A DNA stretch of 28,326 nucleotides from Acidimicrobiales bacterium (GTDB taxonomy: Bacteria > Actinomycetota > Acidimicrobiia > Acidimicrobiales > CADCTF01). The DNA lies in contig JBKJLU010000197.1 in NCBI GenBank assembly GCA_046596815.1, forward strand, positions 1 through 28,326. The letters run 5' to 3'. This document shows positions 14,317-22,104 of this stretch, one piece after another (positions within the stretch are counted from its first letter, which is position 1; each line of letters starts with the position of its first letter). The notes below the pieces were generated by a model. The model was not told the origin of the DNA. It searched no databases and saw only the letters and a list, made by a program, of their open reading frames with translations. Both the position numbers and the translations under genes were made by a program.

Positions 14317-15048
14317 ATGGAACCCACGACTGATCTGCCAACGCCGGCGCGCGCCCTCGCCATCGCCGCTCATCCCGACGACGTCGAGTTCGGGGCGGGC
14401 GCCACGCTGGCAAAGTGGGCCGCCGACGGGTGCCAGATCTTCCACCTCATCTGTACCGATGGGGCCAAAGGCTCGTGGGACCCATCCGAAGATCAGGCAC
14501 GGTTGGTAGCGACGAGGCAGGAAGAGCAACGGGCTGCGTCACGCGCCCTCGGAGGTACCGGGGAGTGCATCTTCCTCGGATGGTCGGACGGCGAACTCGA
14601 GTCCGGACTCCGCCAACGGTGGGAGGTCGCGTACTGGATCCGGAAGTGTCGCCCCGACGTCGTCCTCGGCCACGATCCCTGGCGGAGGTATCGATTGCAT
14701 CCCGACCACCGCAACGCCGGTTTCCTCGCCACCGACGGCATCGTGGCCGCGCGTGATCCCCACTTCTTTCCCGAGCAGGCCATCGCCCACCACCGACCGA
14801 CGACCCTGCTGCTGTGGGAGGCCGAGGAACCCGACCACGTCGAGTCGGTGGCCGGGTTCGAGACGCGCAAGGTGGCCGCGCTTCTCGCCCACGCCAGTCA
14901 GTTCGAGACGACGATGTCGATCGAGGACGCCGCTTCGGGTGACCAGGTGACGGCATTCCGCGAGCGGATCGAACGTCGACTGGCCGAGCACGGGGCCATC
15001 GCCGGCGTTGCCCTCGGCGAGGCCTTCAAAGCGATGCGCGACCTCTAG
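14317..15048 (+). CDS. PIG-L/LmbE family deacetylase
   Basis: Motifs AIAAHPDDVEFG, CTDGAKG, RQEEQRAA, RPDVV, HPDHR; ATG 14317, 13 nt after cofC. Confidence 0.9.
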   Translation: MEPTTDLPTPARALAIAAHPDDVEFGAGATLAKWAADGCQIFHLICTDGAKGSWDPSEDQARLVATRQEEQRAASRALGGTGECIFLGWSDGELESGLRQRWEVAYWIRKCRPDVVLGHDPWRRYRLHPDHRNAGFLATDGIVAARDPHFFPEQAIAHHRPTTLLLWEAEEPDHVESVAGFETRKVAALLAHASQFETTMSIEDAASGDQVTAFRERIERRLAEHGAIAGVALGEAFKAMRDL

Positions 15049-15060
15049 GACCAGAACAAA

Positions 15061-15088
15061 ACGGAGGGGGCCCGTGGGCCCCCTCCGT
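15061..15088. terminator. Intrinsic terminator hairpin between convergent genes
   Basis: Perfect 13-bp inverted repeat ACGGAGGGGGCCC-GT-GGGCCCCCTCCGT, followed on the minus strand by TTTGTT. It lies between the PIG-L and H1-like stops. Confidence 0.8.
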
Positions 15089-15111
15089 GCACATCGTTCA
15101 GAAAGGCCGAG

Positions 15112-15555
15112 TCAGCGCTTGGTCGCCTTGCGGGCGGCGGTAGCTCGCTTGGCCGGAGCCTTACGGGCCGTCGCCTTCTTGGCGGTGGCCTTCTTGGCCG
15201 GAGCCTTACGCGCGGTCGCCTTCTTGGCGGGAGCCTTACGCGCGGTCGCCTGCTTGGCGGGAGCCTTACGCGCGGTCGCCTTCTTGGCGGTGGATGCCCG
15301 CTTGGCCGGAGCCTTACGGGCGGTCGTGGCCTTCTTGGCCGGGGCCTTCTTGGCAGCCGTCGCGCGCTTGGCCGGGGCTTTCTTGGCGGTGGCCTTGCGG
15401 GCCGTTGTCTTCGCCGCCTTCTTGACCGTGCTCTTGGCGGCCGAGGCCGCCTTCTTCACGGTGCGCTTGGTTGCGGTCGCCGCCTTCTTCGCCGTCGCCT
15501 TCTTGGCGGTGGCCTTTCGTGCGGACGGTGCGGCCTTCTTGGCTGCAGGGCTCAT
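15112..15555 (-). CDS. Histone H1-like Lys/Ala-rich nucleoid protein (147 aa)
   Basis: Built from [10 protein letters not shown] repeats using only M, S, P, A, K, R, T, V and Q, with no acidic or aromatic residues. ATG preceded by GAAAGG. Confidence 0.75.
   Translation of the reverse strand: MSPAAKKAAPSARKATAKKATAKKAATATKRTVKKAASAAKSTVKKAAKTTARKATAKKAPAKRATAAKKAPAKKATTARKAPAKRASTAKKATARKAPAKQATARKAPAKKATARKAPAKKATAKKATARKAPAKRATAARKATKR
15201..15290. repeat. Tandem 30-bp repeat x3 within the H1-like gene
   Basis: GAGCCTTACGCGCGGTCGCCTTCTTGGCGG at 15201, 15231 (one mismatch) and 15261. More degenerate copies flank it. Confidence 0.9.
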
Positions 15556-15579
15556 TGGTGGCGTCTTGCCTTTCGCTCG

Positions 15580-15984
15580 CTACTTCTTCTTGGTGGACTT
15601 GGTGGCCTTTTTGGCCGGTGCCTTCTTGGCTGCGGTCGACTTTGCAGTCGTAGCGGCCTTCTTTGCCGGTGCTGCCTTCTTCGCGGGTGACGACTTCTTG
15701 GCGGCGCTCTTTCCATTGAGCGTCGTCTTGAAGGCAGAGCCCGGGGAGAATCGGACGCCCTTGCTTGCTGCGATCTTCACGGGGGCGCCGGTCTGTGGGT
15801 TACGGCCCATGCGCGCCGTGCGCGACGTCGGGTTGAACGTCCCGAAGCCGAGAACGGCTACACGGTCACCACTCTTGGTCGCATCCATAACGGCATCGAC
15901 GAAGGCATTCAGCGCGCCCTCTGCCTGGCGCTTGTCGAGTCCGGCCCGCTGGACCATCTCGTCGACGAGTTCACCTTTGTTCAC
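15580..15984 (-). CDS. hup: HU family DNA-binding protein with Lys/Ala-rich C-terminal tail (HupB/HupS-like)
   Basis: MNKGELVDEM...GDRVAVLGFGTF...RMGRNPQTGAPVKI...VRFSPGSAFK, then an AKK-rich tail. SD AGGAGG lies 5 nt before GTG 15984. Confidence 0.95.
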   Translation of the reverse strand: MNKGELVDEMVQRAGLDKRQAEGALNAFVDAVMDATKSGDRVAVLGFGTFNPTSRTARMGRNPQTGAPVKIAASKGVRFSPGSAFKTTLNGKSAAKKSSPAKKAAPAKKAATTAKSTAAKKAPAKKATKSTKKK

Positions 15985-16028
15985 CGCCACCTCCTGGCGT
16001 TGTTGGGGAAGTTGAGGAAGTTGTTGCA

Positions 16029-16057
16029 ATGAAAGAGGTTTTGCGCGGTGAGGTCAA
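16029..16057 (-). promoter_or_regulatory. Housekeeping-sigma promoter for hup
   Basis: Minus strand TTGACC (16057-16052), a 17-nt spacer, then TTTCAT (16034-16029), about 45 nt upstream of the start. Confidence 0.5.
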
Positions 16058-16087
16058 GCACTCTCCGCCGTCGCGTCAGCCCAGAAG

Positions 16088-16149
16088 CCTTGCGCTACAA
16101 GGGTTTCGGAAAGCGAGATGCGGTGGATCCCTTGTTCTGTAAGGGTTTC
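16088..16149. promoter_or_regulatory. Pair of imperfect palindromes CCTTG-N5-YAAGG(GTTTC), 42 bp apart
   Basis: CCTTG-CGCTA-CAAGGGTTTC (16088-16107) and CCTTG-TTCTG-TAAGGGTTTC (16130-16149), in the hup divergent intergenic region. Confidence 0.55.
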
Positions 16150-16154
16150 AGGCC

Positions 16155-16385
16155 ATGAGCGACTTACCCGATGGTCGATACGACGTCATCGTCGTCGATG
16201 CAGAAACATTCGACGAGACCACCATTCGCATCGAGTTGGCGATGGTCGACGGTGACGCGCGCGGTGATGTCATCACCATTCGCGGTCCGCGTCGCGCGTC
16301 GGATCCGATCGCGCTTCTCGGACTTCCCGGTGTTCTCATCGTGGAGAACGGCGTGCCTTCGTTTCACGTGGAGCGGGGTGCATGA
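16155..16385 (+). CDS. Small conserved hypothetical protein (76 aa)
   Basis: MSDLPDGRYDVIVVDAE...IRIELAMVDGDARGDVITI...DPIALLGLPGVLIVENGVP is a beta-rich sequence resembling small proteins I recall from Acidimicrobiia (not searched). Confidence 0.65.
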   Translation: MSDLPDGRYDVIVVDAETFDETTIRIELAMVDGDARGDVITIRGPRRASDPIALLGLPGVLIVENGVPSFHVERGA

Positions 16386-16412
16386 CAACGAGGTGGTAGG
16401 TGTTCACCTTGC

Positions 16413-18488
16413 TTGGGTACATGGCGCGATGTGCGTTGGACCGCCCGACTCGTTCTTGCCATCGTCGTTGCAACGACCTTGCTCGCGTCGGGACTCGGAC
16501 TGACGTACCTCGGTGCGTCGACCGTTCGAGCAGCCGCACGTCATGACGGACTTCCAGAGATCGACCTGCGACCGCTGGCTCAGCGAAGCGAGATCGTCGC
16601 AGCCGACGGGACACTGCTGTCGGCGTTGTTCGAAGAGGACCGGGTTCCGGTCACGCTCGACCAGGTGCCCGACGTTCTCGTCGATGCCGTCATCGCGGTC
16701 GAAGACAGTGCGTTCTTCGACCACCGGGGTGTCAGTGTGCGCGGTCTCGCCCGCGCGGCAAAGGCGAATGTCACCGAAGGCGGAGTCGACCAGGGCGGAT
16801 CGACGATTACCCAGCAACTCGTGAAGAACGGCATCTTGAACGCCGACCGGTCGTACGACCGCAAGGCGAAGGAGGCCGTGCTCGCCTTCCGCATGGAGCA
16901 CGAACTCTCGAAAGAGCAGATCCTCGAGACCTACCTCAACACGGTGTACTTCGGGCAAGGCGCGTACGGCGTGCACGCCGCTGCCCGTCGATTCTTCGCC
17001 AAGCCCCTCGCCGAGGTGGGCCTGGCCGACGCCGCGCTGTTGGCCGGCATGATCTCCAGCCCCCAGGCCTATGACCCCGTACGACGTCCCGATGCGGCGA
17101 AGGCCCGTAGGAGTCATGCCCTTCGACGCATGGTGGGCCACGGCGTCGCCACACAGCCAGAGGCCGACGCCGCCGATCGGGCTCCACTACCGACGGAGGT
17201 GCAACGCGACGAGGCCCAGCCGAACGATCACTTCACCGAAGAAGTGCGTCGGCTCCTCCTGGGCGATGCGCGCCTCGGTGCGACCCCGGCGGAGCGATCG
17301 GCGCTGCTGTTGCGGGGCGGCGTGCGAGTGGAGACGACTCTCGACCCGGTTCTGCAGTCGCAGGCCGAACAGGCCGTGAGGGAGAAGCTCCCGCCAAGTG
17401 AGTTCACGGCTGCGCTGGTGTCGATCGATCCGGCTGACGGCGCCGTTCGTGCACTCGTGGGGGGCTCGAACTTCGGCGACGCCAAGTTCAACCTCTCGAC
17501 CCAGGGTCGCCGGCAGATGGGGTCATCGTTCAAGACCGTCGCCCTCGCGGCATGGATCGCCGACGGCCACTCCTCCGAAGACCTCGTCGACGCGACCGCG
17601 CCGTGCCAGTTCCCGATGCCAGCGCCCGAGCCGGCTTGGACCGTCGACAACTATGACGGCGGCAGCGGGCAGGTCCTCGTCACCAATCTCAGGGAAGCCA
17701 CGATCAAGTCATCGAACTGTGCCTTCGCCCGAGTTTCGCTGGCGCTCGGACCGCAGAAGATCGTCGACATGGCGAAGAAGCTCGGCATCAAGGGTGACCT
17801 GCCGGTCTTCAACTCCGTCGTCCTCGGCACCGGGGAGGCCACGCCACTCGAAGTTGCGTCGGTGTACGCCACGTTGGCGGCCGAAGGAATGCGCCGCGAG
17901 CCCATGTTCATCCGCAGAGTGATCGCCAACGACGGGACGATGCTCTTCGAGAACCAGATCATCGAAGAACGGGTGCTCGAACCGCAGATGGCCTGGACGG
18001 TGACCGACGTACTTCGGGGCGTCGTCGATCGCGGCACCGGGCGCAAGGCCGGAATCGGTCGCCCTGTCGCTGGTAAGACGGGCACGGCGCAGGAGTGGCG
18101 GGACGCCTGGTTCGCCGGATACACCCCGCAGTTGGCGACGGCGGTATGGATGGGTCACCCGAAGGGTCAGATCTCCATGCTCGACGTCGGTGGCATTCGA
18201 GTGACCGGCGGTTCCTACCCCTCGATGATCTGGTCGCAGTACATGGGGATGGCCATGGCTCCTCTCCCCGTGGTCGACTTCGCACCACCCGACGCCTTGG
18301 CGTGGCCTCCGAACAACTGGATCGGCATGCCTCCGCCTGTCCTTCCGCCGGGGTTCGTCCTCCCTCCGCATCTCGTTCCGCCGCCTCCGGTGCCCGCCGA
18401 GGTACCCCCGCTCCCCGACTCGCCGACCACCTCGACCACCTCGACAACCTCGACAACCTCGACGACGCAACGCAAGGGCAAGGGCTGA
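16413..18488 (+). CDS. Class A penicillin-binding protein (transglycosylase plus transpeptidase) with Pro/Thr/Ser-rich tail
   Basis: N-terminal TM helix. GT51 motifs EDSAFFDHRGV, GGSTITQQLVKN, RKAKE, YLNTVYFGQGAYG. Transpeptidase motifs SSFK, SSN, KTGT. Start is TTG 16413 or GTG 16431. Confidence 0.93.
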   Translation: MGTWRDVRWTARLVLAIVVATTLLASGLGLTYLGASTVRAAARHDGLPEIDLRPLAQRSEIVAADGTLLSALFEEDRVPVTLDQVPDVLVDAVIAVEDSAFFDHRGVSVRGLARAAKANVTEGGVDQGGSTITQQLVKNGILNADRSYDRKAKEAVLAFRMEHELSKEQILETYLNTVYFGQGAYGVHAAARRFFAKPLAEVGLADAALLAGMISSPQAYDPVRRPDAAKARRSHALRRMVGHGVATQPEADAADRAPLPTEVQRDEAQPNDHFTEEVRRLLLGDARLGATPAERSALLLRGGVRVETTLDPVLQSQAEQAVREKLPPSEFTAALVSIDPADGAVRALVGGSNFGDAKFNLSTQGRRQMGSSFKTVALAAWIADGHSSEDLVDATAPCQFPMPAPEPAWTVDNYDGGSGQVLVTNLREATIKSSNCAFARVSLALGPQKIVDMAKKLGIKGDLPVFNSVVLGTGEATPLEVASVYATLAAEGMRREPMFIRRVIANDGTMLFENQIIEERVLEPQMAWTVTDVLRGVVDRGTGRKAGIGRPVAGKTGTAQEWRDAWFAGYTPQLATAVWMGHPKGQISMLDVGGIRVTGGSYPSMIWSQYMGMAMAPLPVVDFAPPDALAWPPNNWIGMPPPVLPPGFVLPPHLVPPPPVPAEVPPLPDSPTTSTTSTTSTTSTTQRKGKG
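18429..18464 (+). repeat. Tandem 9-bp repeat x4 (ACCTCGACN) encoding (TST)n in the PBP tail
   Basis: ACCTCGACC ACCTCGACA ACCTCGACA ACCTCGACG. Confidence 0.85.
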
Positions 18489-18534
18489 GCACTGCGTCAC
18501 GAAGACCGGTGAATCGGGGAAGGATGCAGACGTC

Positions 18535-19602
18535 ATGTCGACGCCCGACGCCCACGCAGATCACGACCACCACGTTCATGACGGCGACCAAGGGCACGGG
18601 CATGAGCACGAGGAGGCGGGCAGGGTCCGAGGGCTCCTCGGACTGAACCGCCGCCACAGCCACGACTCGGCCGCCAAGATCGATCGGGCCCTCGAGACGA
18701 GTGCCGACGGTATTCGAGCCCTCAAGTGGTCACTGATCGGCCTCGGCATCACCGCCATCCTCCAAGGCGGCATCGTCGTGCTCACCGGCTCGGTCGCGCT
18801 GCTCGGTGACACCCTCCACAACGTCGCCGACGCGTTGACGGCTCTTCCCCTCTGGGTGGCGTTCCGCCTCGGTCGGCGCAGGCGGACCCGTCGCTATACC
18901 TACGGGTACGGACGGGCCGAGGATCTCGCCGGCTTGGGCATCGTGGTTGCGATCCTGGCCTCGGCGGCGTTTGCCGGATACGAGTCGATCATCCGGCTGT
19001 TCAACCCACAACCGGTTCGCTATGTCGGCGTGGTGATGGCCGCCGGGTTCATCGGATTCGCTGGAAACGAGTTGGTCGCGCAGTACCGCATCCGTGTCGG
19101 TCGGCGGATCGGCTCGGCCGCGCTGGTGGCCGATGGACTCCACGCCCGCACCGACGGGTTCACCTCGCTGGCCGTCGTGGTCGGCGCCATTGGCGTCGCT
19201 CTCGGTTACGAGCAGGCGGATGCGTTGGTGGGGCTCGTGATCACCGCCGCCATCCTCGTGGTCCTCCGGTCGGCGGCGCGCGACGTCTATCGCCGGCTCA
19301 TGGATGCCGTCGATCCCGAACTCGTCGACACCGTCGAACGGGTCGCCGGCGGTGTCGACGGCGTGAAGGAGGTCGAGGACGTGCGCATCCGCTGGGTCGG
19401 GCACCGGTTGCGGGCCGAGGTCGAGATCGCCGTCGGTCCTGCACTCAGCGTCGTCGACGGCCACACAATCGCCAACAACACCTCGCACGCCCTCCTGCAC
19501 GAGGTGCCGCGCCTGACGTCGGCGCTCATCCATGTCAGCCCCGCAGGACCCGAGGGGGCGGCGAGCCACGCCGATCTCGCCCACCACGACGACATCTTCT
19601 GA
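18535..19602 (+). CDS. Cation diffusion facilitator (CDF) metal efflux transporter
   Basis: His-rich N-terminus (HADHDHHVH...HGHEHE), SVALLGDTLHNVAD, YGYGRAEDLAG, SAALVADGLHARTD, and the C-terminal dimerisation domain. The HxxxD/HxxxD site A suggests Zn preference. Confidence 0.93.
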   Translation: MSTPDAHADHDHHVHDGDQGHGHEHEEAGRVRGLLGLNRRHSHDSAAKIDRALETSADGIRALKWSLIGLGITAILQGGIVVLTGSVALLGDTLHNVADALTALPLWVAFRLGRRRRTRRYTYGYGRAEDLAGLGIVVAILASAAFAGYESIIRLFNPQPVRYVGVVMAAGFIGFAGNELVAQYRIRVGRRIGSAALVADGLHARTDGFTSLAVVVGAIGVALGYEQADALVGLVITAAILVVLRSAARDVYRRLMDAVDPELVDTVERVAGGVDGVKEVEDVRIRWVGHRLRAEVEIAVGPALSVVDGHTIANNTSHALLHEVPRLTSALIHVSPAGPEGAASHADLAHHDDIF

Positions 19603-19608
19603 GAGTCT

Positions 19609-20379
19609 TCAGGCGGATTGGCCGTGGCGCCCGGCGCCCGCCGCGAACCGAGCTGCGCCGGCCTGCGTCTCGCCTGATCGGATCGTCTCGAGGCCCAGCC
19701 CGGTTTCGCGCAACAGCGCGTCGTCCGTCGACAGGTCCCACTGCTCATAGGCCGAGCGGCGGTCGCTTCGGAGGCAACGTTGCGGAAGGGCCGACAGCTC
19801 TGCGGCCAGTTCTATCGCCGCCGCCCGCGCTCCTCCCGTCGCGACCGATCGATTGACGAGACCCATGGCGACGGCCTCGTCACCCGAGACACCCCGGCCA
19901 GTCAGCATCAGATCCATTGCGCGGCTCTGTCCGATGAGGCGGGTCAGCCGGATGGTGCCGCCGTCGACCAAGGGCACGCCCGACCACCGGCAGTAGACGC
20001 CGAACACCGCATCAGCCGCGGCCACCCGCAGGTCGCACCACAATGCAAGTTCGAGGCCGCCGGCCACGGCGTGGCCCTCGACGGCGGCGATGACCGGCTT
20101 TGAGAGCAGCATCCGGGTCGGCCCCATCGGACCGTCACCCTCGAGCCGCACTTTGTTCCCGTTCCCGCCGGCGACCGCTTTGAGATCGGCGCCGGCGCAG
20201 AAGGTTCCGCCAGCCCCCGTCAGGACGGCGACGGACAGATCGTCGTCGCTGTCGAAACGTCGAAACGCGTCGGCCAGTGCTGCCGCCGTCGGTCCGTCGA
20301 CGGCATTGCGCACCTCGGGCCGATCGATGGTGATGACGGCGACAGGCCCCTCGGAACTGAACTGGACGGTCTCGGTCAT
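19609..20379 (-). CDS. Enoyl-CoA hydratase/isomerase (crotonase) family protein
   Basis: Motifs ITIDRPEVRNAVD, FCAGADLK, KPVIAAVEGHAVAGGLELALWCDLR, GVPLVDGGT. ATG 20379 overlaps the DUF971 stop (ATGA). Confidence 0.93.
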   Translation of the reverse strand: MTETVQFSSEGPVAVITIDRPEVRNAVDGPTAAALADAFRRFDSDDDLSVAVLTGAGGTFCAGADLKAVAGGNGNKVRLEGDGPMGPTRMLLSKPVIAAVEGHAVAGGLELALWCDLRVAAADAVFGVYCRWSGVPLVDGGTIRLTRLIGQSRAMDLMLTGRGVSGDEAVAMGLVNRSVATGGARAAAIELAAELSALPQRCLRSDRRSAYEQWDLSTDDALLRETGLGLETIRSGETQAGAARFAAGAGRHGQSA

Positions 20380-20735
20380 CGGCTGACGCACCAGGCGCGT
20401 AGGGAGTCGAAAGGGAAGATGCCGGTGCCGTGGCCGTCGTTCCACGCAAAGCTGATACCCCAATTGCCGACGAGTTCGGCGTTGAGAATCATCACCTCGG
20501 GAGGTGATCCCTCACGCGGCCACGCGACCTGACCGACGCTTCGCAGGTCACGGCAGGCGGCGCACGGACAGTTGACCCGCAGCTCTTCGTTGGCGAAGAC
20601 GCACACGTGACCATCGCCGAACGTGATCGTGACGCCGGTTTCGCGATCGACATCGACCTTGTCCGCGCGCGTCTGCGTGCCTCCGGCGTCGGAAGGCCTT
20701 GGCTCGTCGTCGTGCTCCGGGCGGGCGTCGCTCAT
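20376..20735 (-). CDS. DUF971 / GBBH-like N-terminal domain protein
   Basis: Motifs ITFGDGH, LRVNCPCAAC, VGNWGISFAWNDGHGTGIFPFDSL. SD GGAGGAG before ATG 20735; ATG 20756 is an alternative start. Confidence 0.88.
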   Translation of the reverse strand: MSDARPEHDDEPRPSDAGGTQTRADKVDVDRETGVTITFGDGHVCVFANEELRVNCPCAACRDLRSVGQVAWPREGSPPEVMILNAELVGNWGISFAWNDGHGTGIFPFDSLRAWCVSR

Positions 20736-20763
20736 GACGGCAGTCTCCTCCATCACCGGGGGC

Positions 20764-22083
20764 TCACCGACGCTCGCGGCCGACCACCGACCAGTGCGGT
20801 CCGGCGAAACGCCAGAGGTTCCCGGCCAGGCGGGCCACCATCAGCAGGGCGAGTGAACCCCAGAGGTAGGAGAGGGAAAGGTCGAGGCGAAGCACGATCA
20901 GCGCCGCCGGAATGAAGACGACGATGCCACTCATCGCCATGGCCTTGGCCAGGAAGCGGAGATCACCGGCGCCGATGAGGATGCCGTCGAGCACGAAGAC
21001 GATGGCGTTGATGGGCTGGAGAACGGCCACGACGACGAGCACGTCCAAGGCCATGGCGATCACCTCGCGGTCGTCGGTGAAGACCGGCACCAAGAGGGCT
21101 CGGGCAGCAAGGACGACGGCGGCGAAGACCACCCCAGCGACGATCCCCCACTGCACCATGCGGCGTCCGGCGGCGCGAGCCTCGGTCGCCTCTCCGGCAC
21201 CGAGGAAGCGACCGATCATCGCCTGCCCGGCGATGGCGATGGCGTCGAGAACGAGGGCCAGGAAGCTCCACAGTTGAAAGGCGATCTGGTGGGCCGCCAG
21301 CTCGATCGATCCGAGGCGGCTGGCGACGGCGGTGGCGACGGCGAGGGCCGCCAACAACGATCCCGTCCGGATAAACAGGTCGCGCCCGACGACCAGCAGC
21401 GCCCGAATGCGGCGGCCGACTGGCCCCAGGCCGACTCCGGCCGACCGCACATTGTTCACGAGGATTCGCAGATAGACGGCGGCGGCAGCCGTCTGGGCGA
21501 AGACGGTGGCCGCCGCCGATGCGGCGATGCCCATGCCGAGGCCGTAGACCAGCACGAGCTCGAGGATCAGGTTCAAGACGTTCGAGGCCACGGCGACGAA
21601 GAGGGTGCGTCGGGTGTCCTGCAGCCCGCGGAGATATCCGACCCCCACCAAGGCGATGAGCACGGCGGGCGCGCCGAGCGCGCTGATGCGCAGGTACGTG
21701 ACGGCGTTGACGCGTACGGGCGCGGACGCCCCGAAGACGCCAACAGCCGCCGGCGCGAACAGGACACCGAGCACCAGCAGGAGGGTCCCGATGACGACCG
21801 CGAGCCAAAGCCCCTGGACCGCTTGGTGGGCGGCGGCCCGCTCGTCGCCGGCACCCACGAGCCGGGAGACCACGGCGGTGGTTCCGTAGGCGAGAAAGTT
21901 GAAGAGGAAGAATGACGTTGTGAGGATCGTGCCGGCCACGGCCAGACCGCCGAGCTGGGCGGTACCGAGATGCCCGACGACGGCGGTATCCACCAGGATG
22001 TAGAGCGGTTCGGCGGCCAACGCGCCGAGTGCCGGGACGGCCAATCGCAGGATCTGGCGGTCGTAGGGTCGGGCTGCGGGCAG
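20764..22083 (-). CDS. MATE family efflux transporter (DinF-like)
   Basis: DRQILRLAVPALGALAAEPLYILVDTAVVGHLG, FNFLAYGTT, LRGLQDTR, AAHQIAFQLWSFLALVLDA, LDGILIGAGD; about 12 TM helices. The proposed start CTG 22083 gives 439 aa. Confidence 0.92.
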   Translation of the reverse strand: MPAARPYDRQILRLAVPALGALAAEPLYILVDTAVVGHLGTAQLGGLAVAGTILTTSFFLFNFLAYGTTAVVSRLVGAGDERAAAHQAVQGLWLAVVIGTLLLVLGVLFAPAAVGVFGASAPVRVNAVTYLRISALGAPAVLIALVGVGYLRGLQDTRRTLFVAVASNVLNLILELVLVYGLGMGIAASAAATVFAQTAAAAVYLRILVNNVRSAGVGLGPVGRRIRALLVVGRDLFIRTGSLLAALAVATAVASRLGSIELAAHQIAFQLWSFLALVLDAIAIAGQAMIGRFLGAGEATEARAAGRRMVQWGIVAGVVFAAVVLAARALLVPVFTDDREVIAMALDVLVVVAVLQPINAIVFVLDGILIGAGDLRFLAKAMAMSGIVVFIPAALIVLRLDLSLSYLWGSLALLMVARLAGNLWRFAGPHWSVVGRERR

Positions 22084-22104
22084 AACGGTGACACTATCGA
22101 CGCC
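22084..22104. promoter_or_regulatory. 21-bp bidirectional promoter with overlapping -10 hexamers
   Basis: Minus strand TAGTGT (22096-22091) lies 7 nt before CTG 22083. Plus strand CACTAT (22092-22097) lies 7 nt before ATG 22105. Confidence 0.5.

Noticed and set aside
15008-16015. 335-aa plus-strand ORF rich in A/L/F/V that looks like a membrane protein
   Set aside because: It is the antisense shadow of the AAG/GCC-rich HU and H1-like genes; the repeats simply mirror the lysine/alanine codons.
16047-16062. Weak CRP-like site gGTGA-GGTCAA-GCACt over the hup -35
   Set aside because: Only 7 of 10 positions match, and it is explained by the promoter sequence itself.
16398-16409. Short palindrome AGGTG-TT-CACCT before the PBP start
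   Set aside because: It is a single 5-bp dyad, expected by chance, with no second copy seen.
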